Source of the DNA: a virus | Length of the DNA: 64,000 nucleotides | IMG/VR virus record: IMGVR_UViG_3300046323_000673 | Coordinates: 1-64,000 of that record | Strand: one strand, 5' to 3' | In this document: positions 9,951 through 20,166 of the stretch, one piece after another | Numbering within the stretch: the first letter of the stretch is position 1 | How the letters are laid out: every line of letters starts with the position of its first letter | Notes under the pieces: model-generated | What the model was told of the DNA's origin: nothing | The model's input: the letters and a program-made list of their open reading frames with translations, nothing else | The model's database searches: none | Position numbers and translations under genes: made by a program

Positions 9951-10865
9951 ATGCCTACAAAGAATTCCCATTCCACAGTGAAGAAGCATTTCGGCGTTCG
10001 CGCGCTCGTGTCGCTGCTCATGCTTGTCGTTGATTACGAGGTGCCCGTCGATTGCAATACCGCGGATGTGTTCAACGCGTGGGTGCGCGTAATCAATGCG
10101 GAATGGGCAAAGTCGCATCAACTTGACGCGCAAGCATGGGCATCAGAGCAATCGTTAATCGCAAGCGGCGCTCTTGTTCAGAATAATCGAGTGCGGCCGA
10201 CGTGCATCGATTCCTTGCCATATCGAACGGAATTCATGACGATCGATATGGGTGCTGTCGCTACTGCACTTGAAGCAAATCGTTCGTTGCATACGAATGG
10301 CGGTCAAAAGTCTTTCATTCGTATGCAGCTCGACTCGCATGTGATTCAGGCAGTGAAGGTCCTTCCCAACTTTGAGCGAGCGATTCTCCGGGGTGCGTTC
10401 GCTGTTATTGAAGAGCAATGCACCGAGTTCGACGATGTTCGTGTCGAGCTGATTGGGATGGCGTTCGACTTGGCCAATGGAATAGGGGACGTCGATATGT
10501 ATTCGCTTTCGACATATGCGCGGAAAGCATACGAGGAACGAGTTGCAAAGACTTCCGCACCCACAACGATCAATCAAACGCAAACCGACATCGCCAACGA
10601 ATGCGGGGCACTCTGCGCATTGCTGATTGAGAAGAACCGCAAGTACGGCGATTCAGCGTTGAACCCTGTGCATATCTTCTCGAAAGACCCGGCACACGTA
10701 CAGCTTCGACAACAGATCGATCACAAGATTGCACGAATCAAACGGAGTGATGAAAGCATCGAAGATGAAGACGTGACGCGTGATCTCATTGGGTATCTCG
10801 TTCTCTATCGAATCGCGCTCCAACGGTGGAAGAAGGGGCAGACCAATGCGAATCAAGTGCTCTGA
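9951..10865 (+). CDS. protein with C-terminal DUF1599/nucleotide-modification-associated-domain-1-like domain
   Basis: LLIEKNRKYGDSALNP..IFSK...IDHKIARIK...DEDVTRDLIGYLVL; SD AAGGAG. Confidence 0.75.
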   Translation: MPTKNSHSTVKKHFGVRALVSLLMLVVDYEVPVDCNTADVFNAWVRVINAEWAKSHQLDAQAWASEQSLIASGALVQNNRVRPTCIDSLPYRTEFMTIDMGAVATALEANRSLHTNGGQKSFIRMQLDSHVIQAVKVLPNFERAILRGAFAVIEEQCTEFDDVRVELIGMAFDLANGIGDVDMYSLSTYARKAYEERVAKTSAPTTINQTQTDIANECGALCALLIEKNRKYGDSALNPVHIFSKDPAHVQLRQQIDHKIARIKRSDESIEDEDVTRDLIGYLVLYRIALQRWKKGQTNANQVL

Positions 10866-11070
10866 TTGCACGTGCTTCCGCAGTACACCCGACCCCGAGC
10901 GGAAGTATTGCGGTTGGCCCTGTTCGATGTTCGGGTTTCCGCCCTTCATGCGCAAGACGGTCAATCGATTGCGTCGCCTTGAACGATGGGTTGCTGCAAT
11001 GGAATATCACAATATGCACAGGGCGAGAAAGGCCAGGCGGGCATGTTTAATGATCGCACCGACCGAATAA
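10846..11070 (+). CDS. small Cys-containing hypothetical protein
   Basis: MRIKCSDCTCF...; fills gap in co-oriented run. Confidence 0.4.
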   Translation: MRIKCSDCTCFRSTPDPERKYCGWPCSMFGFPPFMRKTVNRLRRLERWVAAMEYHNMHRARKARRACLMIAPTE

Positions 11071-11417
11071 GGATCACGACCCATGCGGCCGAACAATATC
11101 GAAAGCGAATCGACCGCAAGATATCAATGAACGAGGTTGTTTCGTTATTGACCGAGCGGGCGGCATGCGCAGCACACCTGAAGGACAAGACGCTCTTGGG
11201 CCATGAGCAATGGCGCATTGATGAACCGCACCCTTGCGTGCTCGTGATCAAGCGGGATAGGGATCAACCCATCGTCGCGGTTGTCGTGACCGTGCTTGAA
11301 ATAGAACGTCAACCCGATGATCTCGACTTGCGTGAATTCGCAAGTGAAACTCCGTTCGCGCCCATGACCAGAAAGCGCAAGCAGCAACGATCCCGCCGTC
11401 GCCGTCCCCGATTCTAA
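11043..11417 (+). CDS. hypothetical protein with ITxHA motif (DUF4258/RelE-like fold possible)
   Basis: IRITTHAAEQYRKRI...VAVVVTVL. Confidence 0.55.
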   Translation: MFNDRTDRIRITTHAAEQYRKRIDRKISMNEVVSLLTERAACAAHLKDKTLLGHEQWRIDEPHPCVLVIKRDRDQPIVAVVVTVLEIERQPDDLDLREFASETPFAPMTRKRKQQRSRRRRPRF

Positions 11418-11505
11418 CCCGCCTTTATTTCAAACTATTTCACCCGCCAAAACGAACATGTTCCCGATGCATGATGCCTACGAGCATCAACGCTCATTAG
11501 GAGGC

Positions 11506-12396
11506 ATGTTCATGTTTCAGCGATTCTACAAATACGCAAACAAGCAGCTCGACAAGTTCGGCGCGTATCTTTCGGTGCGGAACTATTCAGCGGAAGGACG
11601 GGCAAACAAGTTTCCCCTGCACGGTGCGATTGCACTGAGCAGCTACCGAACGAGCGATTCCATTCGGTTTGAATGGAATCTTGGCGAAGTGAAGCTGCGC
11701 GCATACGTCAGAAGCGAACCTGAAGAATCGCAATTCGCGGCGGGGTTTGCATTGCCAGGGTTCGCATTGCATTCAAGCGTGACGAGTTATCAAAAGCTCG
11801 GCAAAGCAACCAAGCGTATTGGACACTGCGAAGCCGACGTGCGTGTGTTTGACGGGGTAATCTATTGGACATCGCCGTTCGTGCATCCCGATATGTTCAA
11901 GAGTGACGAACCTTGGTACTTGCGGGGCAGCTTCTCGTTCGCGGATGCATTGCTTGGCAAGGTCGAAACGAAACGGGAATCGATATCAACAAACGAACCC
12001 GTGGTGATTCCAATGCCTGAAGGGTGCTACCCCGCGACGGTATCGTTCGACCTCGTGACATTCGGCCGCCCGCGATGGTTTCAAACGTCAACGAAGATGG
12101 CGGACATCAAGCTGGACAAGGGCGATGTTCCGTATCCCGGCAAAGGTGAAAACGCGTGGGATTGCGGCACGGATGGCACACGTCAACTTTCAATGCCTGC
12201 ATCGTCGCCGGCGGAAGCGGTTGGGTTCTTCGTTGGGCACGTATTGCAAAAGCGATGGTCGAGGGGTGGCAAGTCGTGGATGCCCGACCCGCCTAGTAGC
12301 GACGATGCACCGAACATCCCGAGCGATACGATTCCGCCTAGCGGAGTTTATACTGCAACGACGATCGTTCCCGGTGCGTCGCCCGTTCTGAATTGA
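11506..12396 (+). CDS. hypothetical protein
   Basis: About 296 aa, SD AGGAGG, aromatic-rich beta-type sequence. Confidence 0.75.
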   Translation: MFMFQRFYKYANKQLDKFGAYLSVRNYSAEGRANKFPLHGAIALSSYRTSDSIRFEWNLGEVKLRAYVRSEPEESQFAAGFALPGFALHSSVTSYQKLGKATKRIGHCEADVRVFDGVIYWTSPFVHPDMFKSDEPWYLRGSFSFADALLGKVETKRESISTNEPVVIPMPEGCYPATVSFDLVTFGRPRWFQTSTKMADIKLDKGDVPYPGKGENAWDCGTDGTRQLSMPASSPAEAVGFFVGHVLQKRWSRGGKSWMPDPPSSDDAPNIPSDTIPPSGVYTATTIVPGASPVLN

Positions 12397-12513
12397 ATGC
12401 ACTCACCTTGCCCATGTTCCTCGCAAGCATGGGCCCTTCCCGCGACATGATATTCGTTGAAAGGTTCACGATGCGCTTTCCCTCTCGAATGCGCATCGTG
12501 ATGGGTGCTTATC

Positions 12514-12822
12514 ATGGCGACTTCGACAACGCGTGTGTTTGCTGATTCTGAATTGAAGCAGCTTGGTCTTCCCGGCAAATGTGAAGGGGGCGAAGTGCTT
12601 GAAGATCGATTGATTGAAACTGTCGATGAAGAGTACGCCCCGCGCGGCAAGGCGAAAAAGAAAGTCACGAATGAATTGCGATTCGTGGTCTTTCAGCTCG
12701 CGGACAAATCGATTTGGGGCGTTGCGTATACGAAGCACGAGAATGGTTCGGTGAGCTTCGACAAGCAGGCGGAAGGCACGAAATACGCATATCAACGCGT
12801 GCTCAAACCGATCGCGGTGTAA
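12514..12822 (+). CDS. hypothetical protein
   Basis: About 102-aa ORF followed by strong hairpin. Confidence 0.65.
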   Translation: MATSTTRVFADSELKQLGLPGKCEGGEVLEDRLIETVDEEYAPRGKAKKKVTNELRFVVFQLADKSIWGVAYTKHENGSVSFDKQAEGTKYAYQRVLKPIAV

Positions 12823-12837
12823 TCGAATCGTTGCGGC

Positions 12838-12882
12838 ATGAAGAGAGGGGAGCTTGCACAACGCGGGCTCCCCTCTCTTCAT
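12838..12882. terminator. strong intergenic hairpin (terminator or processing site)
   Basis: ATGAAGAGAGGGGAGC...GCTCCCCTCTCTTCAT 16-bp perfect stem; only a short T run follows. Confidence 0.6.
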
Positions 12883-12895
12883 TTGGAGGTTTGAT

Positions 12896-13204
12896 ATGCG
12901 GACCATTAAATGCGCGCCGGTGTATGAGCGTTGCGGGCATTGTTCGCTCCCGGATGCATTGCACACGCAAGAGCAGCGAATGACGTGCGAACGGCGATTA
13001 CTTGCGGATGTATCGCGCTCCTGGCCTCGTACGGTCCCGAGTCATACCGAACGCGTGACACTGATGAACAAGCGCATTCAAGCGGCATTGCTTGCCATTA
13101 CGAAGGCGATGCAGGTCGTGGAATTGCGTTCGGATGAACGAGCGAAGATTCACACGGCGGTTGACGTGTTCGGTGCGCGCATTGCACGAATTGAGGCGGC
13201 ATGA
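12896..13204 (+). CDS. hypothetical protein
   Basis: SD GGAGGT; CGHC..H...C motif. Confidence 0.65.
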   Translation: MRTIKCAPVYERCGHCSLPDALHTQEQRMTCERRLLADVSRSWPRTVPSHTERVTLMNKRIQAALLAITKAMQVVELRSDERAKIHTAVDVFGARIARIEAA

Positions 13205-13437
13205 GAACGGGCGTGCATACCTCGCTCGGGATGGGTTTGCTTCCGTTTGCCGAAACGGATCACCCTGACGAAGATGATCCCGAAGTGCAACGCATCGCAA
13301 AGAGTATAGGGACAACCGCACGTGCACTCGCGAATGTAGCCGAGGAACGTTTGATCGGCGTGTTTTGCCGAACGGGCGAACGACCCGCGATGGATGACGT
13401 ACTTGCGATGCTCGAGGTCGAAGCATTTGAAAGATGA
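13201..13437 (+). CDS. hypothetical protein
   Basis: ATGA overlap; ends at palindrome copy 4. Confidence 0.6.
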   Translation: MRTGVHTSLGMGLLPFAETDHPDEDDPEVQRIAKSIGTTARALANVAEERLIGVFCRTGERPAMDDVLAMLEVEAFER

Positions 13438-13439
13438 CA

Positions 13440-13469
13440 AAATCCAATTGGATCGATCCAATTGGATTT
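13440..13469. repeat. 30-bp nested palindrome, copy 4 (extends to 13437-13472)
   Basis: Exact. Confidence 0.97.
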
Positions 13470-13524
13470 TGTGGGCAACATAGCCCGTTGCCATGAACGT
13501 GCATCGTCGGCGAACATCATCGAC

Positions 13525-14658
13525 ATGGCGACACGTACCGCACCGATCACGAAGCAAGTAGCACTCACGGGCACGGAAACCGACCTAGGTGCGCTCTTTG
13601 ATGAAACCGAGGGTAAGTTCCGGTTGACCGTACCAAGCGGCGCTACGTCGTCGGTGTGGATCGGCAAAAAGGGTGTGACTGCAACGGGTGGTGATGGTGG
13701 CGGGGCGTATGTTGCTGGCACGTGTGTGCAGCTTCCATCGACTTCGTTGCGTGGGTGGTTTGCCATCACGGATGGGGCGAGCGTGACGATCACGCTTGAG
13801 TGCGCGACGGGTGGTGCGGATGCTCCCGATTGGTCGGATGCAGGCACGACGAGTCCAGGCGGGGGCGGCGGTGGTGGGGGAACGGTTGACCAAGGTACAG
13901 GCGATCCGGCGAATCCTTGGTCAGTACAAGGCGTAAATGGTGGAACCCCCGAACGGCTTGCGACGGCGGCGCTTCAAGGCGCGGGTTTACCCAGTGCGTT
14001 GACCCCTGGCGGGGGTGTGAAGACTGGTCTGGTTGACGCGATCCCGGCGGGGACAAACAGTATTGGCAACGTCAATGCCGATCTCCGTGTTGGGTCCGCT
14101 GCTGTAACAAACGCGAATCCGGTTCCTACTGTTTTCCAGAACTTTCCGACATTCAATGTGCTTGCGCTTGCGACCGCACTCGGCAACGGCAAAGCATTGA
14201 TTTCGATCATGCTTAACGCGGGCGGTACGGCAACAAAAGTCCGGTTGCTTGATGTTCAAATCATGAACGTGCAGATTACCAATGTGACGGGTGTGCTTGC
14301 GGATATTCAAATACGCCGCATAACTGCGCATTCGGTCGGGACCGACATTACGAATCTCGTAACGAAGTTCGACACGTTGAATACGTTGGATGCGGGCATC
14401 ACCGTACGAACGGGCGCAACCGTCACAACTGAGGCAAACCCATTGCGTAAATGGTTATTAGCGACCGACGAATATGCTGTCGGATCGTTGGAAACCGAGA
14501 GTTTCCAGGCCTCACAGGAAAACCAATTTCCAGGTTTCTTTTTTGATCCACGCATGCAACCGCTTGTTGCGCGTCTAAATGAAGGATTTCAGATCCTTTG
14601 CAACACCAACACAACAGCCGGAACGTTTGACGTTGGTCTGACGTTTTCAGTGGAGTAA
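13525..14658 (+). CDS. putative virion-associated fibre/decoration protein
   Basis: Gly/Thr/Ala-rich beta-type composition, poly-Gly linker, IPAGTNSIGNV motif. Confidence 0.55.
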   Translation: MATRTAPITKQVALTGTETDLGALFDETEGKFRLTVPSGATSSVWIGKKGVTATGGDGGGAYVAGTCVQLPSTSLRGWFAITDGASVTITLECATGGADAPDWSDAGTTSPGGGGGGGGTVDQGTGDPANPWSVQGVNGGTPERLATAALQGAGLPSALTPGGGVKTGLVDAIPAGTNSIGNVNADLRVGSAAVTNANPVPTVFQNFPTFNVLALATALGNGKALISIMLNAGGTATKVRLLDVQIMNVQITNVTGVLADIQIRRITAHSVGTDITNLVTKFDTLNTLDAGITVRTGATVTTEANPLRKWLLATDEYAVGSLETESFQASQENQFPGFFFDPRMQPLVARLNEGFQILCNTNTTAGTFDVGLTFSVE

Positions 14659-14660
14659 CA

Positions 14661-15158
14661 ATGGCGAACGTTTACAAGACAAACTTCGTAGTCACGGGTG
14701 CAGCATCTGGAACGAGCGAACAAATCGTTTTGGAAAACCCGTCCGGGAGTGACAAACTTGCGCGGGTGTATGTCCCGCTTGCGGTTGTCGCAGATCAAAG
14801 CTTCACGGTTTGGACATTGCATCGACGCGATGCGCTTCCGACGCATGGCGTCAATGGTAATGCGCCGACTGAACAAACACTCTATGCGATGGATTCTGCT
14901 TCCCCTGCATCCGTGTGTAAAGTCTTCACGGGTGAACCAGGTGTTGCGCTGACGTTTGGCGGTTCAATTACGTGGCTCGACACGGTATCGCTTGATGCGA
15001 GTGACGCGGGTGATGATATGGAAAGAATCCCCGCAAAGTATTTGCCAGAGGATCATGCGCTTGTGATTCGCCCTGGTGAGTGCTTATCAATTACAGTTCC
15101 CGAAGGCGTGGTCGAATACACGATCATTATGCTTTTTGAGGAAGAAACGATCTTATAA
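14661..15158 (+). CDS. hypothetical protein resembling the C-terminal domain of the upstream gene
   Basis: Similar ending (LVIRPGECLSI...LFEEE vs LVARLNEGFQI...TFSVE); SD GGAG. Confidence 0.6.
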   Translation: MANVYKTNFVVTGAASGTSEQIVLENPSGSDKLARVYVPLAVVADQSFTVWTLHRRDALPTHGVNGNAPTEQTLYAMDSASPASVCKVFTGEPGVALTFGGSITWLDTVSLDASDAGDDMERIPAKYLPEDHALVIRPGECLSITVPEGVVEYTIIMLFEEETIL

Positions 15159-15247
15159 CACCCGACATCCTGCCCCGTTGCATTCAGTTTCCACATCCTC
15201 GACTCTGTGTTCGTCTGGACCATGACGACCCCCTCCGGACCCGTGAA

Positions 15248-15289
15248 CGAGGGGGATAGGCAGAATTCCCAAGAAGCCTATCCCCCTCG
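15248..15289. terminator. intergenic hairpin upstream of terminase
   Basis: CGAGGGGGATAGGC...GCCTATCCCCCTCG 14-bp perfect stem. Confidence 0.55.
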
Positions 15290-15339
15290 GACGCCTAAGT
15301 GCTTGACCTAGGCATCTTTACCGGGCACTTTGACCGGGC

Positions 15340-17277
15340 ATGCCGCGCACGCTTCTTCCACTTCCCGAACTATCAAACGACGAATTACCGATTGGTTTCG
15401 TGTACGCGTCGCTTGACGAAGTGGCATCGTCACGGCAACACGGGAACGAACAGGAAGACGCTTCCCCGCCCGATAGCGAGCCTGTATCAAGTGAAGCGGG
15501 CAAAGAGTCAGACGAAGACCATCGCCGCCTTTTAAGGGGCATCCTATCGCGAGCGGAACGTGCCCGAAACGATCCGGCCGAGTTCTTCCGATTCGCACTC
15601 AGGGAAGAGCGCACACAAGCACGCATTGAAACAGCGGCGCATCAACGGGTGCTCTTCTCGTTCGTGCAGCACTATCAACGGTGCGTGATCCGAATGCCGG
15701 CAGGTAGCAGCAAAACGTTTTGCATGGCCGCTCTGACGTTGTGGCTTCTCGGCAATGATCCCACCGAACGCGGGGCGATCATCAGCGCGTCACAAGAGCA
15801 GGCGGCGAAACCGTTCAGCATGGTGCAAGACTACTTGGCGGACGAACATCGGCTCTATCCCGAGATGCACTTGGTCTTTCCTGCATTGCGTCCTTCGATA
15901 AGGCAGAAGGACAAGTGGACCGATACGCGCTTGGTTGTCGAAAGGCCACCGGGCATTCGTGATGCGTCACTTGCCGCGATTGGTATCGATGGTGCATTGC
16001 AAGGCGCGCGCTTGTCGTGGATTCTTGTCGACGATGCCTTGTCGGAAGAAAACACGGCAACGCCCGCGCAACGATTGAAACTGAACAAGCTCTTCTTCTC
16101 GAAAGTGATATCGCGCAAAGACGTCGAACGTTCGCGCATCGTCGTGACGAACACGCCTTGGCATCCGGGGGACCTCACGCACGCACTTGAGAAGGCGGGT
16201 TGGCCGACACTCACAATGAGCATCGAAGGGGATATCACCGTCACGAATGCGCCGGATTGGGACACGGACGAACTGCGCGTGAATCCCATGAGTAGGAACC
16301 CAAGTTGCGAGGGGTTGCGCCTCGTGTCGCACGATAGCGAGGATTACGGCGCGCCCCTGTGCGTGAAGCTCCGGAACGGGGATATCGTTCGCGCAAACGA
16401 TGACGAGATTGCATCGTTTCAACGGGGCGAACGAACAGACCTCTTTTACTTCGATGTCGACGGGGTTGTCCCGCTATGGCCCGAGAAGTTCCCCATCGAA
16501 GCGATTGAGGAACTCCGGGACGTCACGTACGCGAGCGAGCCGCAAACGTATAACCAGATGTATCGGTGCCTATGCCGCGACGACGCATCCGCGAAGTGCA
16601 AGATCGAATGGATTGAAAAGTGCAAGGATCAAGCAGTTACGCTCGGGGTGCACACGCTCGTGTCGGAGTACCGCGGGCCAAACGTTACCGTCACGGGTGT
16701 GGATCTCGCGATTGGTGAAGGTGAGCAGCACGATTACACGGCATTGTTTACGTTCGAGGTATTGCCATCGATTACGATATCGACCGAGAAGGGCAATCGA
16801 ATCGTGCGTAATGCGCGCAAGATACTCGATGTCGAATACGGGCGGTTTGCGGGGCGATTGATCGTCGACAAGATCATTGACAAGGTGCGGCGATACAACT
16901 CATTCGTGCGGGTAGAAACGAATGCGGCGCAAGACTTTATTCGTCAATGGATACTCGACGTCGATATTGCGATTCCCGTCAAGGCGCACACGACGGGCAA
17001 GAACAAAACGCAACGGGTAATCGGCGTGGAAGGGCTCTTCATCGAATTGGAGTCGGGTGCGTGGATCATCCCGTGCGACCCGTACACACGCGCGATGCCC
17101 GAACCCGTGCGCCGGTGGGTGGACGAATGCCTGTACTATCAGCCTCCCCCCGCGCATACGGGTGACATATTGATGGCGGCATGGCTTGCACGTGCACAGG
17201 CGCGTGCACTCGGGGCGTTCGATGGTGAAGGTAGTGGAAGCGGTGGAAGTGTTGCCGCGTCGATTGCTGCGCGATGA
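15340..17277 (+). CDS. terL: terminase large subunit
   Basis: AAHQ Q-motif, deviant Walker A MPAGSSKT, GARLSWILVDD Walker B, VVTNTPWHPGDL motif III, LWPEKF, RNase H nuclease TGVDLA...DYTA, VETNAAQ, HTGDILMA. Confidence 0.9.
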   Translation: MPRTLLPLPELSNDELPIGFVYASLDEVASSRQHGNEQEDASPPDSEPVSSEAGKESDEDHRRLLRGILSRAERARNDPAEFFRFALREERTQARIETAAHQRVLFSFVQHYQRCVIRMPAGSSKTFCMAALTLWLLGNDPTERGAIISASQEQAAKPFSMVQDYLADEHRLYPEMHLVFPALRPSIRQKDKWTDTRLVVERPPGIRDASLAAIGIDGALQGARLSWILVDDALSEENTATPAQRLKLNKLFFSKVISRKDVERSRIVVTNTPWHPGDLTHALEKAGWPTLTMSIEGDITVTNAPDWDTDELRVNPMSRNPSCEGLRLVSHDSEDYGAPLCVKLRNGDIVRANDDEIASFQRGERTDLFYFDVDGVVPLWPEKFPIEAIEELRDVTYASEPQTYNQMYRCLCRDDASAKCKIEWIEKCKDQAVTLGVHTLVSEYRGPNVTVTGVDLAIGEGEQHDYTALFTFEVLPSITISTEKGNRIVRNARKILDVEYGRFAGRLIVDKIIDKVRRYNSFVRVETNAAQDFIRQWILDVDIAIPVKAHTTGKNKTQRVIGVEGLFIELESGAWIIPCDPYTRAMPEPVRRWVDECLYYQPPPAHTGDILMAAWLARAQARALGAFDGEGSGSGGSVAASIAAR

Positions 17278-17339
17278 TGTCCTACTTTCGATCGCGCGAA
17301 TTGTCGTTCCAGCGACATGACTCTCCATGTTACTCGACG

Positions 17340-17369
17340 AAATCCAATTGGATCGATCCAATTGGATTT
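17340..17369. repeat. 30-bp nested palindrome, copy 5
   Basis: Exact; left flank is reverse complement of CGTCGAGTAACAT. Confidence 0.97.
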
Positions 17370-17441
17370 GGCGAAAGGTGAACCATGCAACTAAAACGGA
17401 ACGAGTGCGCTACGGCTGTTCGATGATGCATGATTGCGTGC

Positions 17442-18026
17442 ATGACGAACACGACCGAACCGCTCACCCGTGCACAAGCAATTGCAATCGATGGTAAACC
17501 CCTATGCCAACCCAATGGGTGCCATGAAGACGACCTCGAACCGAACTTGGGAAACGTCGCGGGTTGGTGGATGTGCAAGCGGTGCGGATCGGCATTGACG
17601 TCGCAGGTTGCGCAAGCGTTCACGGATGAACCGTTGTCGTACGTGAATCAAGCCATTCAATGGATGCACGCGGGGACGATGGTGCTGCACGTGCAGGCGA
17701 TGATCGTTGCTCGTGTACAGGTTGTGAATCAGCCGGGTGAATACACTGATTTGCAGAACAACACGATTGATCGATATGTCGTGGAACTCGACGACGGCAA
17801 TGCGTTCATCCTACCCACGGACGAGCGTGTGCTTGTTCCATTGACGGCATTGCACGTGAAAGTGTTTGAGCAGATGCAAGCGAGCATTCGACAGATCGTT
17901 ATTGGTGCATTCGCCGGAATACGCACACCAACGCGAACGAAGGAAGAGCAAGACGAACGGATGGCAATTGCTGTTCTCTTGCTCCGTGCAGCCCTTACGC
18001 AGCAGCTCCGCGCGCTTGGGACTTGA
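17442..18026 (+). CDS. hypothetical protein with zinc-ribbon-like N-terminus
   Basis: CQPNGC...WMCKRCG; CATGAT-N7-ATG upstream. Confidence 0.65.
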   Translation: MTNTTEPLTRAQAIAIDGKPLCQPNGCHEDDLEPNLGNVAGWWMCKRCGSALTSQVAQAFTDEPLSYVNQAIQWMHAGTMVLHVQAMIVARVQVVNQPGEYTDLQNNTIDRYVVELDDGNAFILPTDERVLVPLTALHVKVFEQMQASIRQIVIGAFAGIRTPTRTKEEQDERMAIAVLLLRAALTQQLRALGT

Positions 18027-18059
18027 TACCCCGCCCGCAAGACTGATACGTCTGCCCCT

Positions 18060-19688
18060 ATGGCACCTCCCGGCGTAGGCAGTAAGAAGATCATCCACAA
18101 CACCCGCGAAAGAGTTCTCTCGGGGGATCACAATCGCGAGCAAGCGGTACACGACCAAATGCTCGCGGAGATCCTCCGATGCTTGACCGATCCCTCGTAC
18201 GAACTTGATCTTGCCGGCGGGGTCGAAACGAACGGCACGGGCAGTGAGTCGCTACCACGCGCGACGATCATCTCGGGTATTCGCGTGCGGCCGGAAGTGG
18301 GGACGATCAATTGCTTTGTTGAACCGGGCGCGATCTGCATCTTGGATAATCCCACGCCGAACGCTGACGAATCGAAACTCGCATACGTGGTTGATCCAGG
18401 CGTGCAAACCGCGGGTGTTTTGACGTTGACGCCTGGTAGCGGTGGATCAATTCGTATCGACGTCATTGAATGCCAACGCGTTGAAACGATCATCGAAACC
18501 GATTCGCGCGATATTTTCGATCCGGGCACGGGACTTTTCTCGCCGACGCTCGTGAACAAGGTGACGACGGGTCGGCTCGTGTACCGCATTCGAACGGGTG
18601 TGATTGGCGGGGGGTTCCCTGGCATTGCGGCGGGATGGTTGCCCCTCGCAGTTTCTTCGGTACCAGCGGCGGCAACCACGTGGAACGACGTCACGCTTTG
18701 GGACGTGCGTCCCCTGTATCACGAGCGCGTCGTGCCGCTATGCAATGCACGGAATGCGTTGAACACGGTGCAGCGGCATAACGTAGCGTGTGATGTCACT
18801 ACAGTGCCGGGCGAAGTTCGTCAGTCAGGCGTCATCGACGTCGCGTTCGGGGTGTACAAGGCAGGCGGGCAATTGATCCACCCTGGTACGACCGATGAAT
18901 GGATTGACGTTGCCAATGCAACCTTGCGGGCAGCGGGAACAACGTCGGCTCTTTTGCCCTGGTACCTATACGCGGTTTTCCCGTTTGGGTTGCCACGATG
19001 GGTACAGTATTGCCCCTACACGGCGGGCATTCGCGAACCGAGGGGAACGCGTGGCATTCCCGTGATTGCACGATGGGATTGTGGATACGACGGGCGACCG
19101 TTATCGAATAGCGCATTGACACCCACGTGGACGGGGTTGCTTGATCCCGCGAGTCGTAATGCGGTTGTGTTATTGGCAGGCTTGCAAGCGGATCCGGGCG
19201 GCGGACCAACCGGGGTTTTGTCGGACGGACGGACAACCCATTTCGTCGATTTCCCAACCAAGGTATTGTCGCCGATTGCGACTTCCACGACGACATCAAC
19301 GACTTGGCAGCTTGCTGATGGTACGTCGCAACCGGGCAATGCACGCGCTGTCTACGTGACGATGCAGCTCATTCTCAACGTGACGGCAAACACGCCTCGC
19401 AATATCGAGTTCTTCCGTGACGTGTCAGTTGGTGGCCCTGACGGTAGTACGACAAATCTCGCATTGATTGCCAACGTCGGCGACACACGTGGGTTTGTAT
19501 ATGCCGCGATCAATGCGACGTATGCCCTTGAAGTGACCGTACGCGTGCCGCTGGCATACACTTCGACATCATTCGTTGGTGTACGTACGTTCAATCTGAT
19601 TTGGGTTCACGGTATATCAGCAGGGCCGCTCACCTACACAATCGTGAGTCGACTTGCGACGATTAAGGGTTGGGAATTAGGACCTTGA
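18060..19688 (+). CDS. putative virion structural (tail-associated) protein
   Basis: 542 aa, Thr/Gly/Val-rich; RIDVI and GWLPLAV...TLWDVRP resemble tail-fibre N-terminal domains. Confidence 0.55.
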   Translation: MAPPGVGSKKIIHNTRERVLSGDHNREQAVHDQMLAEILRCLTDPSYELDLAGGVETNGTGSESLPRATIISGIRVRPEVGTINCFVEPGAICILDNPTPNADESKLAYVVDPGVQTAGVLTLTPGSGGSIRIDVIECQRVETIIETDSRDIFDPGTGLFSPTLVNKVTTGRLVYRIRTGVIGGGFPGIAAGWLPLAVSSVPAAATTWNDVTLWDVRPLYHERVVPLCNARNALNTVQRHNVACDVTTVPGEVRQSGVIDVAFGVYKAGGQLIHPGTTDEWIDVANATLRAAGTTSALLPWYLYAVFPFGLPRWVQYCPYTAGIREPRGTRGIPVIARWDCGYDGRPLSNSALTPTWTGLLDPASRNAVVLLAGLQADPGGGPTGVLSDGRTTHFVDFPTKVLSPIATSTTTSTTWQLADGTSQPGNARAVYVTMQLILNVTANTPRNIEFFRDVSVGGPDGSTTNLALIANVGDTRGFVYAAINATYALEVTVRVPLAYTSTSFVGVRTFNLIWVHGISAGPLTYTIVSRLATIKGWELGP

Positions 19689-19701
19689 TAGTGTCGAGAA
19701 T

Positions 19702-20166
19702 GTGCCGCATATTTTTTATATGCGGCTACTTTCAATAACGTCACATATTATGGCCACGGTAATCATATTTACAGTGGCGTGCTCTGACGATGTTTCGTTC
19801 GGGCTGGTGTGTCGAGAAACTCCGAGCAACACACCAACGAACGCAATCCCTTGCGTCGACATCTACGACTGCCCAAGGGATTGCGACTTCTACACGTGCA
19901 GCAACAGCAAGTGCATATCCACCGGCACGAAAGCCGATGGTATGCCCTGCTCTCTCCAATGCACCGACCAACCAGCCTTCTGTCGAGCGGCAACGTGCAC
20001 ACCAGGGTGTGAGTATTCCCTCGATTGCCCACGACCCCCGAACGACTGCCAGGCCGTCACGTGCGCAAACAATGAGTGCTCGTACGGTCCAATGAGCAAC
20101 GTCCCGTGCGACAACAACAATGGCACATGCATCAACGGCGCATGCTCGGTTGTCACCAACGACTGA
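19702..20166 (+). CDS. Cys-rich putative lipoprotein
   Basis: IIFTVAC lipobox-like, about 20 Cys in repeated CxxxxDC...C..G.C units; start uncertain. Confidence 0.65.
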   Translation: MPHIFYMRLLSITSHIMATVIIFTVACSDDVSFGLVCRETPSNTPTNAIPCVDIYDCPRDCDFYTCSNSKCISTGTKADGMPCSLQCTDQPAFCRAATCTPGCEYSLDCPRPPNDCQAVTCANNECSYGPMSNVPCDNNNGTCINGACSVVTND

